From assembly GCA_005222975.1 (NCBI GenBank), contig NJBI01000003.1, positions 70,962-134,961 of the forward strand: DNA of 64,000 nucleotides. Direction: 5' to 3'. This DNA is from Promethearchaeota archaeon Loki_b31 (lineage in GTDB: Archaea; Asgardarchaeota; Lokiarchaeia; Sigyniarchaeales; SOKP01). Positions 59,952 to 64,000 of this stretch are shown piece by piece. Made by a program: the position numbers and the translations under genes. Each line of letters begins with the position of its first letter. The stretch's first letter is position 1. Under the pieces are notes generated by a model. That model was not told the origin of the DNA. It made no database searches and saw only the letters and a list, made by a program, of their open reading frames with translations.

Positions 59952-60099
59952 TTTAATTACTCACTCTCTCTCTCAAAAAATTTTGATATTAAATTTATTA
60001 CTTAAATTCAAAAATAAACCATAATTGAAAAATTTTCATACTTTTCATTAGAAAAGAAATAAGAAAATAAAAAAATTACTAAATAATTTTAGATTAAGC

Positions 60100-60780
60100 T
60101 TATTTTTTCTTGTTCTTATATGATGTACCTTTTACTACTTTAAATAGACTTGCTATTACTGCTCCAGCAATGAACCCACCTACATGTGCAAAATGAGCTG
60201 TCTGACCAATGCTAAAGGGATCCATTAGCGAAACTATAGCATAAGTTAATTCCGCTATAAAATATGTTATTATGAAATAACCAGCACCTATTTTTCGCAT
60301 ACCTGTTGTACCCAGAAGATTAAATTTATTACCAGGATAAAGAATAGCATATACAGCCATAAGTCCAAATATAGCTCCAGAAGCACCCAACGAGGGGATA
60401 TCTGCTAGTATTGGTCCCCATACGGGAATAATTATTGTGCTCAATGCGTGAAGAAAACTACCAAATAACCCTGAGAGAAAATATGTAACTAAATATAATA
60501 AATGCCCCATAGCATGCTCGCAATTGTCAGTTATTACAATGAAAAACCACATGTTCATAAGTATATGCATAAAATCTCCGTGCATAAACATTGAGGTAAA
60601 TATCGTCCATAATTTTTCTCCGGCGAAAAATTCAGCAGGAACAAAAGCATATTCAATGTGCATCTGTAGCGCAGGGTCCAATATTTGCCATATGAAAACT
60701 AGAATGTTAGCAACTAAGATAATAACCGAGAAATATTGCTTCCTAAAAGAAATTTTATCGTCTGACGCTTCGAATACCAA
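60100..60780 (-). CDS. Rhomboid intramembrane serine protease
   Basis: TSMFMHG..HILMNM, LGASGAI, AHFAHVGG. Confidence 0.93.
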   Translation of the reverse strand: MVFEASDDKISFRKQYFSVIILVANILVFIWQILDPALQMHIEYAFVPAEFFAGEKLWTIFTSMFMHGDFMHILMNMWFFIVITDNCEHAMGHLLYLVTYFLSGLFGSFLHALSTIIIPVWGPILADIPSLGASGAIFGLMAVYAILYPGNKFNLLGTTGMRKIGAGYFIITYFIAELTYAIVSLMDPFSIGQTAHFAHVGGFIAGAVIASLFKVVKGTSYKNKKK

Positions 60781-60925
60781 TTTAATTCACACTTCCTATA
60801 TATTTATAAATTTATAAATGTTTTTGTAGAGTTAGATTTTAATAGTATTTAAGAATTTTTTTGATAATTAATAAATTTCTATAATTATTAGTAAATTTGG
60901 AAATAAAAACATTAAAAATTAGCAA

Positions 60926-62125
60926 GTGATAACAAGCACAATGCGATTAGGAGAATCTACTTTACGAGGTATTGCAAAAATCCACCCTGATACGGTAAAG
61001 AGGAAGCGAATTTCAAGTTACGACAAGACTGGTGGAAATACCGATTGGATTGATGTGCAACCTAGAGAAAAGGTAACAATTGGAAAAGAAGATTGTACTG
61101 GGTGTATAACCCATTTATGGTGTACAATAAAATGTAAAGACCGTTTTTATTTAAGAAACATTATAATTAGATTGTATTGGGACGATGAACAAGACGATAA
61201 ACCTAGCGTAGAGGTTCCTATTGGGGATTTTTTCGGCTTAGGTCACGCCAAACACAAAAATTTTGTTTCTTTGCCACTCCAGATGAGTCCACAATCGGGA
61301 AAAGGATTCAATTGTTGGTGGCCAATGCCATTTTCAAAAGGTTTTAAAATAACTATAGAAAATGATGCTTCTAAACCTATGAGATTTTTTTTCTACATTG
61401 ATTACGAAATCTACGAAGATGGATTCGAAAATGAAAGAGACTATGGAAGGTTCCACGCTCTCTGGCACCGTGAAAATCCTACAACTCCTAAAAAGAAAGA
61501 TAATGAAACTGGAAAAAAGTTTTATAAGGTAAGACCAAAGAAATTCTGTCATAAAGGGTGTAATATCGATAATCCTCTGATGGAAAATTACAAAATCCTT
61601 GAAGCAAGAGGTAAAGGTCAATTTGTTGGATGCCATTTAGATATTGATAACATTACATTTATGCCTTGGTATATTAATTGGCCCGGTGAAGGAGACGACA
61701 TGATATATATCGACGACGATGTCGAAAAAGGTGTCCCAACTTTACACGGAACTGGCACAGAAGATTACGTGAACCAAGCTTGGGCTCAACGGCAAAAGCA
61801 CTTTGCTCCTTATCACGGCACAATTACAACTGGTGGGTTAAACTGGTGGGGCAAAATCTCATATTATAGATATCATGTTGAAGACCCTATCTATTTCAAT
61901 AAGAGAATAGTGGTCACAATCGAGCACGGGCACGATAACCATCGTAAAGATGATTGGTCGTCAACGGCTTATTGGTACCAACGAGAACCACACGACCATA
62001 CTTTATTTCCAAAATTATTAGATAAAAAAGGAAGAAAACCGTGCGTTCATGTTGCTCATATGGTTAGAAAATCCTTATGCCTAGTTTTAATCGTAATCAT
62101 CCCACTTTTATGGTTAATTCTTTAA
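60926..62125 (+). CDS. DUF2961 / GH172-family protein with C-terminal hydrophobic anchor
   Basis: SSYDKTGGN, PSVEVPIGDFFG, MPF, GEGD, GTGTEDY, YRYHVEDPI, SSTAYWYQ. Confidence 0.88.
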   Translation: MITSTMRLGESTLRGIAKIHPDTVKRKRISSYDKTGGNTDWIDVQPREKVTIGKEDCTGCITHLWCTIKCKDRFYLRNIIIRLYWDDEQDDKPSVEVPIGDFFGLGHAKHKNFVSLPLQMSPQSGKGFNCWWPMPFSKGFKITIENDASKPMRFFFYIDYEIYEDGFENERDYGRFHALWHRENPTTPKKKDNETGKKFYKVRPKKFCHKGCNIDNPLMENYKILEARGKGQFVGCHLDIDNITFMPWYINWPGEGDDMIYIDDDVEKGVPTLHGTGTEDYVNQAWAQRQKHFAPYHGTITTGGLNWWGKISYYRYHVEDPIYFNKRIVVTIEHGHDNHRKDDWSSTAYWYQREPHDHTLFPKLLDKKGRKPCVHVAHMVRKSLCLVLIVIIPLLWLIL

Positions 62126-62237
62126 ATTTTCTTATAAAATTGTTTTTTATGAAGTTAAAAATAAAACGAGTGAAAATTAAAAGACTTAATAATTTTTAAT
62201 TAATATCTTGTCGTCTGATGATGATTTGTTATAATTA

Positions 62238-63230
62238 TTATATTGGTTTAATAGCCCCATCTTTTTCAATAGAGGTAGAGGATTTCTTGACATTCATCGT
62301 CTCAATTTCTGTTTGAAATCTTCCGAGCGTTGATGTTCCAATGAATATTAAAATGATCGCTAAGAAAAACAGAAAATAATTATTGAATGTTTGTTTAAAG
62401 ACTAGGGTTCCAGCAATTATAGGTATTGATAAACCAATTGAATCAAATATCGGAAATACTACAGCCATTCTACTTTTTTGGAAAGCACTTTGGTAAAACG
62501 CAAAACTAGCTAAATTACAAATCGCCAGGCCCCACCACCCAATAAAAACCCACAAATGAGGGTAATCACCCCAAAATATTCCAAAAAATATTTCTATCCC
62601 AAAATACCAAGTTAATTGTACATTTGCTTGCCCTATTGCTTGCGCTAGGATGTTCGTGAAGACCCCTCCAATTGCCAAGAAAAATGAACCGGTTAACATA
62701 ACAAAAAATCCTTCTAATTTCGTTCCTCTTTTCTTTTGAGAATATATAAAGCAACCAATGGTAATAGAAAACGTTATTATAAAAAAAATTGTTAATGGGA
62801 TGACCATTTCGTATAAATCAATTGCGACTTCTGAAATACCTGCCAAAGCAATTAATATAGGGGAAATTGTTAATACTGTTATTGCGATAAACTCATACCA
62901 AGTTACAGTTTCACCTAAAATACGGTTTGCGGCAATAACTACAATGATAATACCAATACTGTTAATTGGCTCTGCTACCATAAATCCAACTAATCCTATT
63001 GACATTATGTACGGAAACCAAGCAACAACACCCAAAATAGCGCCTAAAAGCCACCACTTGTTTTTTGCAATTTCTCTAAATGCTTTTAGTATTCCTACAA
63101 ATCCTTTATCGAAAGTAATTTCTGGACCTTGTCGTAAACCCATTTTCTGGAAGACAATCCCTAAGTTAAACATAGGAGTTGCGATTAACACTAAAATAAT
63201 TCCCAATGTGACTGTATATGTATCAACCAT
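62238..63230 (-). CDS. DMT-superfamily (NIPA-like) membrane transporter
   Basis: GIVFQK, NKWWLLG, ILGETV; about 9 TM helices. Confidence 0.7.
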   Translation of the reverse strand: MVDTYTVTLGIILVLIATPMFNLGIVFQKMGLRQGPEITFDKGFVGILKAFREIAKNKWWLLGAILGVVAWFPYIMSIGLVGFMVAEPINSIGIIIVVIAANRILGETVTWYEFIAITVLTISPILIALAGISEVAIDLYEMVIPLTIFFIITFSITIGCFIYSQKKRGTKLEGFFVMLTGSFFLAIGGVFTNILAQAIGQANVQLTWYFGIEIFFGIFWGDYPHLWVFIGWWGLAICNLASFAFYQSAFQKSRMAVVFPIFDSIGLSIPIIAGTLVFKQTFNNYFLFFLAIILIFIGTSTLGRFQTEIETMNVKKSSTSIEKDGAIKPI

Positions 63231-63349
63231 AATTCCCTAATTCTAATTAAAGGCTTATAATACTTAAGAAAATTATTCATCAATTTTAATCTTATTTGTG
63301 TAATAAGTATCGATTTCTCGAGAATAATTTTAAAACAATTAAGAAGTAG

Positions 63350-63748
63350 CTAATTAGTTTCTTTTTTTTTTTTCTCAAGTAAATTTTTTATATAGTTTAT
63401 AATTTCGTTTCCGGAAATTGCCTTAACTAAATAACCATCCGCACCGAGTTCTTTACCTTTTTTAATATCTTTAAAAAAATTTTTCACAGTAAAAAGAACT
63501 ACAAGGATATGGTTAAATTTTTCGTTGGATTTTATGGATTTAAGTACCTCGTAACCATTAAGATTTGGCATCATAATATCTAAAAGTACTAGTGCGATAT
63601 CCTCGTGTTTTTCTTCCATGATCTGTAACGCTTCACTTCCATTACTACAAGTAAGAGTTTCGTAATTCTCAAGTTGTAAAAACTTCTCGGTTAAATTGAC
63701 GATATCTTCTTCGTCGTCGACTATGAGAATTTTTCTTCCTACTGACAT
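63350..63748 (-). CDS. Stand-alone response regulator receiver domain
   Basis: ILIVDDE, LLDIMMP, FTVK, GADGYLVK. Confidence 0.93.
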   Translation of the reverse strand: MSVGRKILIVDDEEDIVNLTEKFLQLENYETLTCSNGSEALQIMEEKHEDIALVLLDIMMPNLNGYEVLKSIKSNEKFNHILVVLFTVKNFFKDIKKGKELGADGYLVKAISGNEIINYIKNLLEKKKKETN

Positions 63749-64000
63749 TTAGAACCCCAATTTATTGTAATATAATTTTTAATTCTAACAAATAAATGGT
63801 CTATTTGGTCATTTATAAATTGTATATAATTTTAACTAATTTCTTGATATTATCGAGAAAATTAACTTATAAATGAGTAAATTTTAATTTTTTTTGCTTT
63901 TACTCTTTTTTGGATTTCTTAAATCCTTCACTCGTTATATATATTTTCTATACAAGTTCATTTAATGTCGGATATTTTAAGACATATAACAAATTTAATT

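Noticed and set aside
2423-63240. Numerous 60-233 aa antisense or out-of-frame ORFs in the track (e.g. 48116-48817, 53884-54399, 62758-63240, 28113-28466)
   Set aside because: They overlap well-supported genes and have no motifs; they are shadow ORFs.
63350-63748. Receiver domain has KA instead of the conserved KP
   Set aside because: The acidic pocket, phospho-Asp, Thr and Lys are all intact; this single change is too weak to call a pseudo-receiver.

Overview
AT-rich archaeal DNA, most likely an Asgard archaeon (Lokiarchaeia/Promethearchaeota-like). This is inferred from a Rab-like small GTPase tail, a HEAT+LRR protein, a longin-like protein, a stand-alone C4C4 RING finger, GGTG-type ribosome-binding sites and oligo-T terminators. 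The window is mostly metabolic. It holds a fatty-acid/acyl-CoA cluster (TPP lyase-like enzyme, ADH, frameshifted acyl-CoA ligase, ACAD, crotonase) and many glutamine/glutamate genes (pyrG, carAB, glnA, guaA, three gdh paralogues plus a chimeric gdh pseudogene, and a NuoE/NuoF-GltD/Fe-S/FMN-glutamate-synthase cassette). It also holds ABC transporters and GH20/GH172 hydrolases. The best novelty candidate is at 57974-58540: two unannotated tandem mini-ORFs, each with Cys-x4-TGA and an open frame after the TGA. Each is followed by the same ~63-nt three-stem RNA fold with compensatory base changes, suggesting seleno-microproteins with a non-canonical 3' recoding element. Second is an unidentified, highly structured ~380-nt intergenic RNA at 18474-18855. 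No tRNA, rRNA, CRISPR array or transposase was recognised. All product calls come from motif recognition by eye, with no database searches.
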